This document shows, piece by piece, positions 1 to 9,008 of a DNA stretch of 64,000 bases. Within the stretch, counting starts at the first letter, position 1. Each line of letters begins with the position of its first letter. The DNA is from an uncultured Thermoleophilia bacterium (GTDB lineage: Bacteria; Actinomycetota; Thermoleophilia; Gaiellales; Gaiellaceae), in the NCBI GenBank assembly GCA_963784945.1, contig CAWATN010000013.1, positions 91,742-155,741 on the forward strand, given 5' to 3'. Position numbers and translations under genes: made by a program. The notes under the pieces were generated by a model. The model was not told the DNA's origin and did no database searches. It worked only from the letters and a program-made list of their open reading frames with translations.

Positions 1-234
1 GGCCGGACGTGGTGCCTCGGCGATCAGTTCTCGGTCGCCGACATCTACCTCTACATGCTCAAGGGCTGGGAGAACTACTCGGATGGATACCTGCTCGGTG
101 GCGTCAACCTCGCCGCCCACTACGAGCGCGTCGGGGCACGACCCGCTATCGGTCGCGCTCGCGAGCTAGACGACCTCGACGAGCGGCTCCTCCGCTATCA
201 CCCCAACCTGCGCGCAGGCCAGCCGATCGACTGA
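1..234 (+). CDS. glutathione S-transferase, C-terminal fragment (5' end lies outside the window)
   Basis: The frame is open from base 1 to the TGA at 232-234. The translation ...GDQFSVADIYLYMLKGWENYSDGYLLGGVNLAAHYERVGARPAIGRA... resembles the GST C-terminal helical domain. Confidence 0.55.
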   Translation, partial: GRTWCLGDQFSVADIYLYMLKGWENYSDGYLLGGVNLAAHYERVGARPAIGRARELDDLDERLLRYHPNLRAGQPID

Positions 235-318
235 CTGGACGTAGCGATGACAGCTCGCCGGATTGCGTCAAAGCTGACCTGATATCTACGGACGAGAACA
301 TGGCTCCGATAGCGGCAC

Positions 319-1077
319 CTAGGCGAGGTCGGCAATCGAGCGCTCGTAGACCCGCTGCAGGTCGAGTGCCGGGCTCGTCAGCCGGGGAACGCGCAGCTTC
401 CACGACGCAAGTGCGTCGCGCACACGCTGGCGCTCGGTGCCGAACGCATGCGCGTGCGAGAGCGGCTCCGTCGGAACACGAGAGCCGAAGCTCACATCAA
501 ACGTGAGCTCCCACCGCGCGTGCGGGGGGAGTAAGACGAGAAAACGTGCGCCCCCAGGCGCCTGCTCGAACGGTAAAGAGAACCGAACCGTAGTCTGGTA
601 GCCATTGGCGTCAGAGACGGTCAGCATCGAAGGTTCTGCCGGCGAACAGAGAAGCTCAGTTGGAAGTGGGACGGCTGACGCAGGGTCTCCAAAGGCGAAA
701 TCGTGGGCCTTGACAGAGATGATGTCCGCGAAATCTGAGGCAAGCTCGAGCACCACACCGAACGACAGCTCGCCCATGCTCTCGTTGCTGAGAGTCAGAT
801 GCTCAGTCACGGTTTTGCTGACGAAGCGCTCCCGCGAGACCGAGAGCGAGTCCTGAGGGAGACAACGAGTAGGCGCGTTACGGAGATAGTGGGACGCGCT
901 GAAGTAGTCGACCGCCCGAGAGGTCAGAAGCAACGGGCTTTCACCATCAATCAGGAGCCGACAGCGCGAAAGCATCCGCGTGTCATCGGCAAACACTCCC
1001 TCCGAGCCCGAGCCAACATCGCCGATGTCATCGCTGACCACAAACGTCGACCCGTCGAGGATCGTCAGCACTCGCAC
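319..1077 (-). pseudogene. glycogen debranching enzyme (amylo-alpha-1,6-glucosidase family), N-terminal domain only; the catalytic C-terminal part is missing
   Basis: This 252-aa ORF starts MRVLTILDGSTFVVSDDIGDVGSGSEGVFADDTRMLSRCRLLIDGESPLLLTS, which matches the GDE N-terminal domain pattern. It stops at ...RSIADLA, where full-length family members continue for several hundred residues. No homologous continuation is seen in any frame before the convergent GST stop at 234. Confidence 0.5.
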
Positions 1078-1646
1078 AACCGTCCGCTAAACACGCGTCT
1101 CATATCTCCGTATGCCCGGATCGGCCGAAGCTCACGCCTCTTCGACATGCCGAGAAAGTCGACGATGTCATCTCAGCCCGTCGCGAGCGTCCTGTTCCCT
1201 CAAGCGATCGGGCTCGCGTCATGTCCAGGACGCCCACGACTGAACCATGTCCCTGAGCCTCGCCTATTGTGCCGGACGGATATGTCGGCGAATGGGCGTC
1301 TTCGAGGATCACTTTCATCCTGAGCAACCTGGTGGGGCTGTTGTTCGTCGCGGGTGGTCTACGTTTCGCCGCCAGTCGAGAGGGGTATACAGAACGCTAC
1401 CCGCAAAGGAGGTAATCAAGATGCTTGCTCTCGCTGGCACAGGCTACGGTCTGATCGGAATTCTCGTAATCATCCGGCAACCGCCCCTCCCAGGGAGCAA
1501 TCGACACGACACCAGGTCAGCAAACATTGCGACAGCAGACTATCGTCCGGCGGCGCGCGGGATTGCGCCCAAACTAACCGGCTTACGCGGCGGTCGGCAG
1601 CGACCGTCGATGTTTCAGTCAGTGCTTTTAAGGTCATACTCGCGGC

Positions 1647-2036
1647 ATGATTCGATATACGAAGATCAATCTTCGTGAGGTGAAGAACCAAGCGCCTAAG
1701 TTCGGCATGCCGGCTGAGTTGGACGCTCGTTTTGCCCGGACGGCGCTCGGAGGGGAAACCCTCGGCCTGAGCCTGATGAAGCTCGCTCCCAACTTCCGGA
1801 TCCCGTTCGGTCACAAGCATCAGGGCCAGGAGGAGGTCTACGTGGTGCTGAGTGGCTCTGCGCGGATCAAGGCCGAGGACGAGATCGTCGAACTCGGCGA
1901 ATGGGACGCGATCAGGTTCGACAATGACACAATGCGTGACGTTGAGGCAGGTCCCGATGGCGTTGAGTATCTCGCGTTTGGCGCCGGAGACGACCCCAGC
2001 GATGCCGACATGGTGCAGAACTGGTGGAGCGACTAG
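1647..2036 (+). CDS. cupin domain protein
   Basis: This is a 129-aa ORF with a cupin His/Glu motif region, GHKHQGQEEVYVVLSGSARI. It is a paralogue of the ORF at 3696-4073; both end in WWSD. Confidence 0.75.
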   Translation: MIRYTKINLREVKNQAPKFGMPAELDARFARTALGGETLGLSLMKLAPNFRIPFGHKHQGQEEVYVVLSGSARIKAEDEIVELGEWDAIRFDNDTMRDVEAGPDGVEYLAFGAGDDPSDADMVQNWWSD

Positions 2037-2380
2037 CGCCACCAAAACGGGTCGCGACCAAGACCGACGCGACGCATCCAGGCACCTGTAGCCATGCCTG
2101 AGTGGACGTGCCTCTGCCACTTCTCGGTCGGATCGGAGGGCGTCTACCGAGTCGAACATGAACGGTTGTTGAGAGGCAGCAAGACGACCATCGTCGGTCT
2201 TCAGGGCCTATGGGTTGTGACGGAAATGAACGCCCCGGACGAGGCCGAGGTGATCGACGCCGAACTCTGGATCGAGCCAGCGGAATAGCACCACCCCCCT
2301 GCGGGACTGAAGACGCGCAAGGCTGGGTACTACTGGGTCAATCGCTCCATTCAGAGGGCGACCAATCTAGGAGAGTCCTG

Positions 2381-2620
2381 ATGGAAGATCCCCACGACCG
2401 CGAACCCGATGTCGAGGAGCTGGAACAGAACCAGCTGCCTGGTGAGGGGGACGAACCCGACGAGCTCCTGTCACCGGCATCGCAGATCGGAAGAGCCGCC
2501 CAGACGGGCGGAACGCCAGAATCAGGAGAGGCGCCGGGCGAGGACGTCGCAGAGGGATGGCCAATGCCAGACCAGAGCGACACTCCCTCCGAGTGGCCCG
2601 AACCGACCACGGACGGATAG
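2381..2620 (+). CDS. hypothetical highly acidic protein
   Basis: The ATG at 2381 is preceded by AGGAGAG at 2368-2374. The 79-aa product is rich in D/E/P (MEDPHDREPDVEELEQNQLPGEGDEPDELL...). I recognise no family. Confidence 0.35.
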   Translation: MEDPHDREPDVEELEQNQLPGEGDEPDELLSPASQIGRAAQTGGTPESGEAPGEDVAEGWPMPDQSDTPSEWPEPTTDG

Positions 2621-2643
2621 CCTTGCAAGGGCTACACGACCGT

Positions 2644-2823
2644 GTGCACCCAGAGCGTTCATCGAAAGACTCTCCCCGCCTTGTCTGCCAGGACTGCGGA
2701 AAGGAAGCCGACCACGACGCAAAGAGGTGGGCTGGCCTGCACGGCCGGGAGGACAACGACAGCGTCACGGTGGTGGTGCTCTGCCCAGAGTGTTGGGCTA
2801 GGGAGTTTATTGACGACAGCTGA
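2644..2823 (+). CDS. hypothetical zinc-ribbon protein
   Basis: A GTG at 2644 lies just after the stop of the acidic ORF. There are two CxxC pairs (CQDC ... CPEC), and the tail ...VVVLCPECWAREF resembles small actinobacterial zinc-ribbon proteins. Confidence 0.35.
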   Translation: MHPERSSKDSPRLVCQDCGKEADHDAKRWAGLHGREDNDSVTVVVLCPECWAREFIDDS

Positions 2824-3254
2824 GTTCGTCAGGGCGAGAGAGCTTCCGCGGCACCCCAATTCTCGTTCGCCGGGTCAAGGATCGCCACGAAACCACCGTC
2901 CCAAGTGACAACCACATTCCCCTCAGGGCTGAAACCACTCACTCGCCCCGAGGTCACCGCGCTTTAGGGTCGGGTAGGTGGTGATGTGGCTGAGAAGCTC
3001 GATCGTCTGTCCGATGCGAACCTGGGCACGAATCCGGGCGGCAAGCACGGTCGAGCTCTTTGCATCCACACGTTGACTATCGACGGCCGCGCCGGGAACT
3101 TGAACCGGGTCGCGGGAATCCAGTCATGCAGAGCCTGGCAAGCCTCCCACACGTGTCGGGACTCCACCACACCGCAACACTCTTACAACATCGAGAGGCA
3201 TATGTGGCCAGCCCCGACCGGAGTACGCTGGGAGGCCCGACAAAGGAGACAACG

Positions 3255-3569
3255 ATGGCAGTCGCATACCTGCAGGAGTTCAAGATCGTCGACGGCGACA
3301 CCAGCACCGCCAACTACGACGCTGTTGTCGAGAAACTGAACCTCACCACCGCTCCCGACGGACTCATCGTCCACACAGCCGGCTTCGATCACGACGCCGG
3401 CATCTTCCGGATCTTCGACGTCTGGGAGACCCGCGAGCAGGGCGACCGCTTCACCAACGAGCAACTGCAACCAATCCTCGAAGAGATCATGGCCGCCCAC
3501 CCCAACCCCGAAAGCCTCACCCCGCCCGACCGCGAGACCTGGTATGAGCTTCACGACACCATGAGCTGA
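3255..3569 (+). CDS. ABM-like (dimeric alpha/beta-barrel) protein
   Basis: The ATG at 3255 has AAGGAG at 3243-3248 upstream. The 104-aa product MAVAYLQEFKIVDGDTSTANYDAVVEKLNL...FRIFDVWETREQGDRF resembles ferredoxin-fold ABM-family proteins. Confidence 0.55.
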   Translation: MAVAYLQEFKIVDGDTSTANYDAVVEKLNLTTAPDGLIVHTAGFDHDAGIFRIFDVWETREQGDRFTNEQLQPILEEIMAAHPNPESLTPPDRETWYELHDTMS

Positions 3570-3695
3570 CACGCGCCGCATCACTAACCAATCCGTCGCC
3601 TGCGCCAGCGTCCTCTCACTCGAACGTAAGACGCGGCGCCGAGTCGCGTTTCGGCAGCTCCGCATCCAGCGGCGCGACCCTGCAATGAGCAACGC

Positions 3696-4073
3696 TCAGT
3701 CGCTCCACCAATCCTCGACCCGCTCACCATCGCCGCCTTCAGGTCGATCAGAGCCGACGGCCACCAGCTCTAGCCCGTCTGGCCCACCCTCGAAGGCACG
3801 CACCGTGCTCGGGGCGACCCGAACCACATCCCACTGCCTGAGATTGACGATCTCGTTGTCGAGCTTGACCCGTCCTGAGCCGCTGACGACGAGGTAGACC
3901 TCCTCCTGCTCGCGGTGGCTGTGGCCGGTGCGGCTGCGGTAGTTCGGCCCGTAGCGGAACAGGCTGAGGCCGAGATGGTCGGAATCCAGATGGCTGCGAG
4001 CGAAGCGTGCCTCAACGTCGGCGCTGCCTCCGGCCTCGATCTCTTTCAAGTTGATCTTCGTGAATCCGCTCAC
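3696..4073 (-). CDS. cupin domain protein (paralogue of 1647-2036)
   Basis: The 125-aa product has MSGFTKINLKEIE... at its start, GHSHREQEEVYLVVSGSGRV internally and ...VEDWWSD at its end. It aligns collinearly with the other cupin. Confidence 0.75.
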   Translation of the reverse strand: MSGFTKINLKEIEAGGSADVEARFARSHLDSDHLGLSLFRYGPNYRSRTGHSHREQEEVYLVVSGSGRVKLDNEIVNLRQWDVVRVAPSTVRAFEGGPDGLELVAVGSDRPEGGDGERVEDWWSD

Positions 4074-4231
4074 ACGTGCCTCCTTGTCTGACGGTCGCGG
4101 CTTGAGGTCTCATCTTGCCGACTGAGAGGGAGTGCACTCTTGGCATCGATCAAAGCACGACCATCAACTGGTCCCAACCCGGTGGGCTCGAAGCGCGGGG
4201 TCGCGGGGCCGAGTCGGCGTAGACTCGAAGG

Positions 4232-4621
4232 ATGGATCCAGTCCTACGCAGCGGTGGCTGCCTTTGCGGGTCAGTTCGATACAGCGTTCGCGGCGAGCCG
4301 GTGCATGTTGGCCGTTGTCACTGCCACGACTGTCGGCGGGAATCCGGCAGTGCGTTCACGGTCTACGCACAGTGGCCTGTCGAAGATTTCGAGCTGAGCG
4401 GCGAGATCGCAAGTTACGAGGGGCGCGGCTTTTGCCCCACCTGCGGTTCTCGGGTTCTCAATCCCATCGACGAAGGAGATCGCCTCGTCGAGGTTCGGAT
4501 CGGGACGCTCGATGACGCACCTTTCGACCTCAAGCCTGAGGCTGAGATCTGGGTGAAACGTCGGGAACCATGGATCTCAGTGGTCGCAGGCGCAACGCAG
4601 CACGACGAGAACCGACACTAA
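4232..4621 (+). CDS. GFA family (CENP-V/glutathione-dependent formaldehyde-activating-like) zinc protein
   Basis: The cysteine pattern CLCGSVRY ... CHCHDCRRESGSAF ... CPTCGSR is typical of the GFA domain. Confidence 0.75.
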   Translation: MDPVLRSGGCLCGSVRYSVRGEPVHVGRCHCHDCRRESGSAFTVYAQWPVEDFELSGEIASYEGRGFCPTCGSRVLNPIDEGDRLVEVRIGTLDDAPFDLKPEAEIWVKRREPWISVVAGATQHDENRH

Positions 4622-4767
4622 CGCGCCCGCCTTCATTAGCTGGTGGATCGTCTGGCGTGGCCCGTTTTTATTCAGACCCGATCGTTTTCCCTTGATCGAA
4701 TCCGGGGAACTAGGCTGAACACACTACTGCCGCTGCTGCCTTCAGCGGCGGTGAGAGGAGGGTCCCC

Positions 4768-5015
4768 ATGTTCAAGCACACTGGTGCGTTCTCGACGTTC
4801 TCTGTTGACGATGTCTCGCGGGCGAAGCAGTTCTACGCGGCAGCCTCGGCCTGTCGGTGAGCGAGGAAATGGGTGGACTGCGACTCCACCTTCCAGATGG
4901 CGTCGAGATGTTCGTCTACCCGAAGCCCGATCACAAGCCCGCGAACTTCACCGTGCTCAACTTCATCGTCGACGACATCGACAATGCCGTCGCGGAACTC
5001 ACAGTTTGGGAATGA
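4768..5015 (+). pseudogene. VOC/glyoxalase family gene, frameshifted and 3'-truncated
   Basis: The ATG at 4768 follows GAGAGGAGG. The frame reads [23 protein letters not shown] and then hits TGA at 4858-4860. Homology continues in another frame from about 4845 ([52 protein letters not shown]) and ends prematurely at the TGA at 5013-5015. Confidence 0.55.
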
Positions 5016-5259
5016 CGCCTGACCCGGCGACTGCGACGCCGCCGGTCGATGACTGAAATCGACACCCGCACGATGAACGCGAGCAGGATTAGGACGATCA
5101 CTACCCCCGGCATTGCGGGCATCGGCCACGGAACTGCGTCCACATCTCACATCGTAAGGAGGATGGTCGCGACGGAAAGCTCCGGGTTTCTGCGAGTGTC
5201 TACGCCACACGGATCCACGCCAAGAGCAAGAGCTTGCCCAACGGACTCCGAGAGGCGGC

Positions 5260-5931
5260 ATGAAACTTCTTCTCACCTCGGCCGGCATCAAGAACACGAG
5301 CATCCACGACGCGTTGGTTGACCTCTTGGGCAAACCGATCGACCAGTCCAATGCCCTCTGCATTCCGACCGCGACGTACGCGTTCCCCGGTGGTGCTGCC
5401 AGCGCATGGCGGCTGATCAACGGACGTGCTGCCTCGCCCCTCTGCGAACTCGGTTGGAAGTCACTGGGAGTGCTCGAACTCACCGCGCTGCCGAGCATCG
5501 AGAGGACGATTTGGATCGACGCGGTCGAGGAGACGGACGCCCTTCTCGTGGGAGGTGGCGACCCCCTCTACCTGTGCTACTGGATCGAGCAGTCGGGACT
5601 GGGCGACCTGTTGCCCTCGCTAAGCAACATGGTCTGGGTGGGAGTCAGCGCCGGGAGCCTGGTGATGGGACCACAGGTCGGGCAGGGGTTTGTCTCTGGG
5701 AGCCCAGTCACCACCGGTGACGACCGAGCGCTGGGCCTCGTCGACTTCGCGATGTTCCCGCACCTGAACCACGAGGCAATGCCAGACCACTCGATGGCCG
5801 CCGCGGAGCTCTGGGCGGCCGGTCTGACGGTTCCGGCGTACGCAATCGACGACGAGACCGCGATCAAAGTGGTCGGTCGCACCATCGAAGTCGTCTCCGA
5901 GGGGAAGTGGCAGCTGTTCAATGCCCGCTAG
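5260..5931 (+). CDS. peptidase S51 family (dipeptidase E-like) protein
   Basis: The 223-aa product reads MKLLLTSAGI...LLVGGGDPLYLCYW...VWVGVSAGSLVMG, which fits the S51 pattern, with the nucleophile serine in GVSAGS. Confidence 0.7.
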   Translation: MKLLLTSAGIKNTSIHDALVDLLGKPIDQSNALCIPTATYAFPGGAASAWRLINGRAASPLCELGWKSLGVLELTALPSIERTIWIDAVEETDALLVGGGDPLYLCYWIEQSGLGDLLPSLSNMVWVGVSAGSLVMGPQVGQGFVSGSPVTTGDDRALGLVDFAMFPHLNHEAMPDHSMAAAELWAAGLTVPAYAIDDETAIKVVGRTIEVVSEGKWQLFNAR

Positions 5932-6153
5932 GAGAGGCTTGACCATTTCTTCGCTCCTGCTCATCCAGCCGTTGTTACACGTAGCGCAGGCTGCTCGCGA
6001 AGTAACGCGGAGGTCGCGGGTGGTGGCTTTGTTCCGTCCGTGCGCACGCCGCAGAACGAACCCGAACTCGCCAGCGCCTCCCAGCGCCTCGGTGATCCAC
6101 CGGGCGAAGACGTCCTCCTCGCTGGTCCCCCTATCGTCGCAGAACACACACAC
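5932..6153 (-). pseudogene. HNH/Abi-like CxxC...CNNGW protein, N-terminal fragment
   Basis: The minus-strand ORF begins MCVFCDDRGTSEEDVFARWITEALGG...CATCNNGWMSRSEEMVKPLLAG. After about 75 residues the frame simply runs antisense through the S51 peptidase gene, so only the first ~220 nt look genuine. Confidence 0.3.
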
Positions 6154-6836
6154 GAGCCGAGACTGGTCGGCGGCAACGTTCCCATCCTTATGAAACGAGG
6201 AGCCCTTTAGGTCGCGGCTCCCTTGCTCTTATTGCACGTCTCACAGCGAAGCTCGGCGATTCCGGTCGGGATCGATGCTCGACCGTCCCCGGAACAAAGC
6301 TTCGTCATCTCCGGATCAGACAACGCGGACGGACAATACGGGTCATCGATAGGTCACCCCCGGGAGTTGACCGTCCTCGGTGCAGAGTGGACGATGGAGA
6401 TGCGATCGGAGTTGTTCGCAGGGCAACAAATCGATGACGTACTCCGAACAACCGAATTCGTTCCCCTCAAAGGCCTAACGGTGACGGTCACTTCCCTTAG
6501 GCAATCCGGAGAATGGGGGGCGGACATCCACTCCACCATGGCCTATCCGTCACCTGCCTATCGATTGATCCAAGCGTAAACCCAATCCCAACACCCAACC
6601 CCTACGACTTCACAGTCCCAGGAGGCTGATCGAAAACACCGCGGCGCCTCTCATTACGAGTGGAGCCTCTTTGCGCGGGATTTTCCGAACACCTTCGTCT
6701 TAGGCTCGGCGGACTTACGGTCGAGAGGTCTTGCCGACCTGCCGGCATCGCGGGGTCGAGGCACCGACGGCGGGTCGCTGAAAACGCTTGCCAAAACGCT
6801 TGCCGCGAACGATCGGCGCGTCAATCCAGAAAACGC

Positions 6837-6860
6837 AAAAGCCCCGTTTCCAGGGCTTTT
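6837..6860 (-). terminator. hairpin terminator downstream of tRNA-fMet
   Basis: AAAAGCCC-N8-GGGCTTTT forms a perfect 8-bp stem 6 nt after the tRNA 3' end. On the transcribed (minus) strand it is followed by GCGTTTTCT. Confidence 0.5.
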
Positions 6861-6865
6861 GCTAG

Positions 6866-6939
6866 TAGCGGGGGCAGGATTTGAACCTGCGACCTCCGGG
6901 TTATGAGCCCGGCGAGCTACCTGACTGCTCCACCCCGCG
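6866..6939 (-). tRNA. initiator tRNA-Met (CAT)
   Basis: The minus-strand sequence CGCGGGGTGGAGCAGTCAGGTAGCTCGCCGGGCTCATAACCCGGAGGTCGCAGGTTCAAATCCTGCCCCCGCTA folds as a 74-nt cloverleaf. It has a 1:72 mismatch, a GGG/CCC run at the base of the anticodon stem and a CAT anticodon. CCA is not encoded. Confidence 0.9.
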
Positions 6940-6999
6940 ACGCGGCGTCCATCGTAGCACTGTCCCGTTCGGTCGGTGCTCCCTGTTAGCGTGCAGGCG

Positions 7000-7317
7000 A
7001 TGGTGGTCTGGCTCGCTCTCGGTGTGCTCCTCGTCGCGATCATCGGCGGGATCGCGTTCGCCGTGATCCGTGGTTTCCAGCTGTATCGCGATGTGAAGCG
7101 TGGCGGCTCGACGCTCACCACCGAGATGGGACGAATCAGCGAGGTCTCGCTCCAGATCGAGCACCAGATGGCGAATGCCGAGGCCGCGTCGGGGCGACTG
7201 CAGGGAGCCACGGCACGGCTCGCAACGTCGCGGGCGCAGCTCGACGTCCAACTCTGCGCACTCCAAGAAGCGCGCACCCAACTGCGGCGGCTGTTCTGGT
7301 TCGTCCCCGGAATCTGA
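7000..7317 (+). CDS. hypothetical membrane-anchored coiled-coil protein
   Basis: The ATG at 7000 (alternative GTG at 6976) opens a product with an N-terminal TM helix, VVWLALGVLLVAIIGGIAFAVI, followed by a heptad-like helical region. It lies just upstream of def on the same strand. Confidence 0.45.
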   Translation: MVVWLALGVLLVAIIGGIAFAVIRGFQLYRDVKRGGSTLTTEMGRISEVSLQIEHQMANAEAASGRLQGATARLATSRAQLDVQLCALQEARTQLRRLFWFVPGI

Positions 7318-7366
7318 GGCGTTCACCGGCGAGGCCCGAGGGTCGCAGCGACGCTCCGGCGAGCGC

Positions 7367-7957
7367 GTGAGCACCATCCCGATCCTGCAGATCGGCCACC
7401 CGGCTTTGCGGCAGAGAGCACGCGATGTGAGCAGGGACGAGTTCGGCTCCGCGGAGTTTCGCCGTATCACCGATGACCTCATCGAGACGATGCGCGCGGC
7501 AAAGGGCGCCGGGCTGGCGGCACCGCAGGTCGATATCCCACTCCGGATCTTTGCCGTCGAGGTCGAGGACAACCCGCGTTATCCCTACAAGCCCCGGCTC
7601 GGCCTCCGCGTGCTCGTCAACCCGGTGATTCGCACCCTCAGCGAGGAGACGTACCAGAGCTATGAGGGCTGCCTCAGCATCCCCGACCTTCGAGGCCTCG
7701 TACCCCGCCACGCCGAGATCGAGGTCGCGTACGACGACGTCACCGGGAGCGCGCACGTCGAGCGCTTCGGCGGACTGAGCGCCGGCACGATGCAGCACGA
7801 GCTCGATCACCTCGACGGCGTTCTCTTCACCGACCGTGTTCAGGATGCAACGACATTCTGCACGTGGGAGATGTTCCGCAGCTACCGCGAGGAGTCGTGG
7901 GTCGCGAGCATCGAGCACCTTCTTGCGCGCTTCCCCGGAGAAATGGAGACCCGATGA
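7367..7957 (+). CDS. def: peptide deformylase
   Basis: All three deformylase motifs are present: [16 protein letters not shown] and QHELDHLDG. The GTG at 7367 gives the typical N-terminus [15 protein letters not shown]. Confidence 0.9.
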   Translation: MSTIPILQIGHPALRQRARDVSRDEFGSAEFRRITDDLIETMRAAKGAGLAAPQVDIPLRIFAVEVEDNPRYPYKPRLGLRVLVNPVIRTLSEETYQSYEGCLSIPDLRGLVPRHAEIEVAYDDVTGSAHVERFGGLSAGTMQHELDHLDGVLFTDRVQDATTFCTWEMFRSYREESWVASIEHLLARFPGEMETR

Positions 7958-8961
7958 CTCTCGCCGACTTTCCACGCGTACCTCTGACGTTCGGCCCTTC
8001 GCCGGTCCACCCGCTCGAGCGGCTCTCCGCGCACCTCGGCGGTACGGTCGAGATCTGGGCCAAGCGGGAGGACTGCAATTCGGGCCTCGCGTACGGAGGC
8101 AACAAGGTGCGCAAGCTCGAGTACCTTGCGGCAGAAGCGCTCGCGCAAGGCTGCGACACGCTTGTCTCGATCGGCGGCGTCCAGTCGAACCACACCCGTC
8201 AGGTCGCGGCGGTAGCAGCCCACCTCGGCCTCGGCTGCCTCCTCGTCCAGGAGCACTGGGTCGACTGGGACGACCCGATGTACGACAGGGTGGGCAACAT
8301 CCTGCTGTCGCGGATAATGGGCGCCGACGTGCGACTCTCGGATGCCGGTTTCGATATCGGCTTCCGCCACAGCTGGGAAGAGGCCCTGGCAGAGGTCGAG
8401 GAGCGCGGAGGGAAGCCCTATGCGATCCCGGCTGGCGCATCCGATCATCCGCTCGGTGGACACGGTTTCGCGGGCTGGGCAGGCGAAGTGGCAACGCAGG
8501 AGCAGGAGCTCGGCATCTTCTTCGACACGATCGTCGTCTGCTCCGTCACCGGGTCGACCCAAGCCGGCATGGTCGCGGGCTTTGCCGGCCAGGAGCGGGG
8601 ACGCTCGGTGCTCGGTATCGATGGCTCAGCGACGGTGCAACAGACGTGGGAGCAGATTGGGCGGATCGCCCGCCGCACGGCCGAAGCGATCGACCTCGGC
8701 CGCCCGCTCGCCGACGAAGAAATCGTCCTCCTCGACGAATGGCACGCCGGAACCTACGGCATCCCGGACGAGAAAACGATCGAGGCGATTCGCCTCTGCG
8801 CCCGACTCGAGGGCATGCTCACCGACCCCGTCTACGAGGGAAAATCGATGGCGGCGCTGATCGACCTCGTCCTTGACGGCCGCATCGAGCCCGGATCTCG
8901 CGTCCTGTATGCCCACCTCGGCGGCCAGCCGGCGCTGAACGGATACGCAGGCTTGTTCTAG
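7954..8961 (+). CDS. acdS: 1-aminocyclopropane-1-carboxylate deaminase
   Basis: The product aligns collinearly with the remembered Pseudomonas AcdS: [77 protein letters not shown]. The ATG at 7954 overlaps the def stop codon (ATGA). Confidence 0.85.
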   Translation: MTLADFPRVPLTFGPSPVHPLERLSAHLGGTVEIWAKREDCNSGLAYGGNKVRKLEYLAAEALAQGCDTLVSIGGVQSNHTRQVAAVAAHLGLGCLLVQEHWVDWDDPMYDRVGNILLSRIMGADVRLSDAGFDIGFRHSWEEALAEVEERGGKPYAIPAGASDHPLGGHGFAGWAGEVATQEQELGIFFDTIVVCSVTGSTQAGMVAGFAGQERGRSVLGIDGSATVQQTWEQIGRIARRTAEAIDLGRPLADEEIVLLDEWHAGTYGIPDEKTIEAIRLCARLEGMLTDPVYEGKSMAALIDLVLDGRIEPGSRVLYAHLGGQPALNGYAGLF

Positions 8962-9008
8962 CGTTCGAGGCCCGGGGCATAGGAACGGGCAACTACAACA
9001 ATGCGCCG

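Noticed and set aside
9-506. A 165-aa ORF on the plus strand spans the GST stop and the end of the debranching-enzyme fragment.
   Set aside because: It is arginine-rich and low-complexity. It overlaps two better-supported frames and has no SD or family resemblance.
2094-2288. A 64-aa ORF lies directly after the first cupin gene.
   Set aside because: It has no clear SD or motif. I mention it only as part of the small-ORF block and do not call it as a feature.
6223-6579. A 118-aa ORF lies between the HNH-like fragment and the tRNA.
   Set aside because: It has no SD and no recognisable motif, its composition is atypical, and it sits in the decayed region. I cannot support it as a gene.
6781-6804. 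A perfect tandem duplication, AAAACGCTTGCC x2, lies downstream of the tRNA-fMet terminator.
   Set aside because: There are only two copies of a 12-mer. I could not find a matching distal copy, so there is no evidence for an att site or a repeat family.
7136-8494. There are very long ORFs antisense to or overlapping confident genes. Examples are 7136-8494 (-), 16024-17430 (-), 47398-48951 (-), 40130-41212 (+), 25636-26481 (+) and 57748-58845 (-).
   Set aside because: Their translations are Arg/Ala/Pro/Gly-rich and low-complexity, with no recognisable motifs. They lie opposite genes with clear family signatures. These are typical shadow ORFs of high-G+C DNA.
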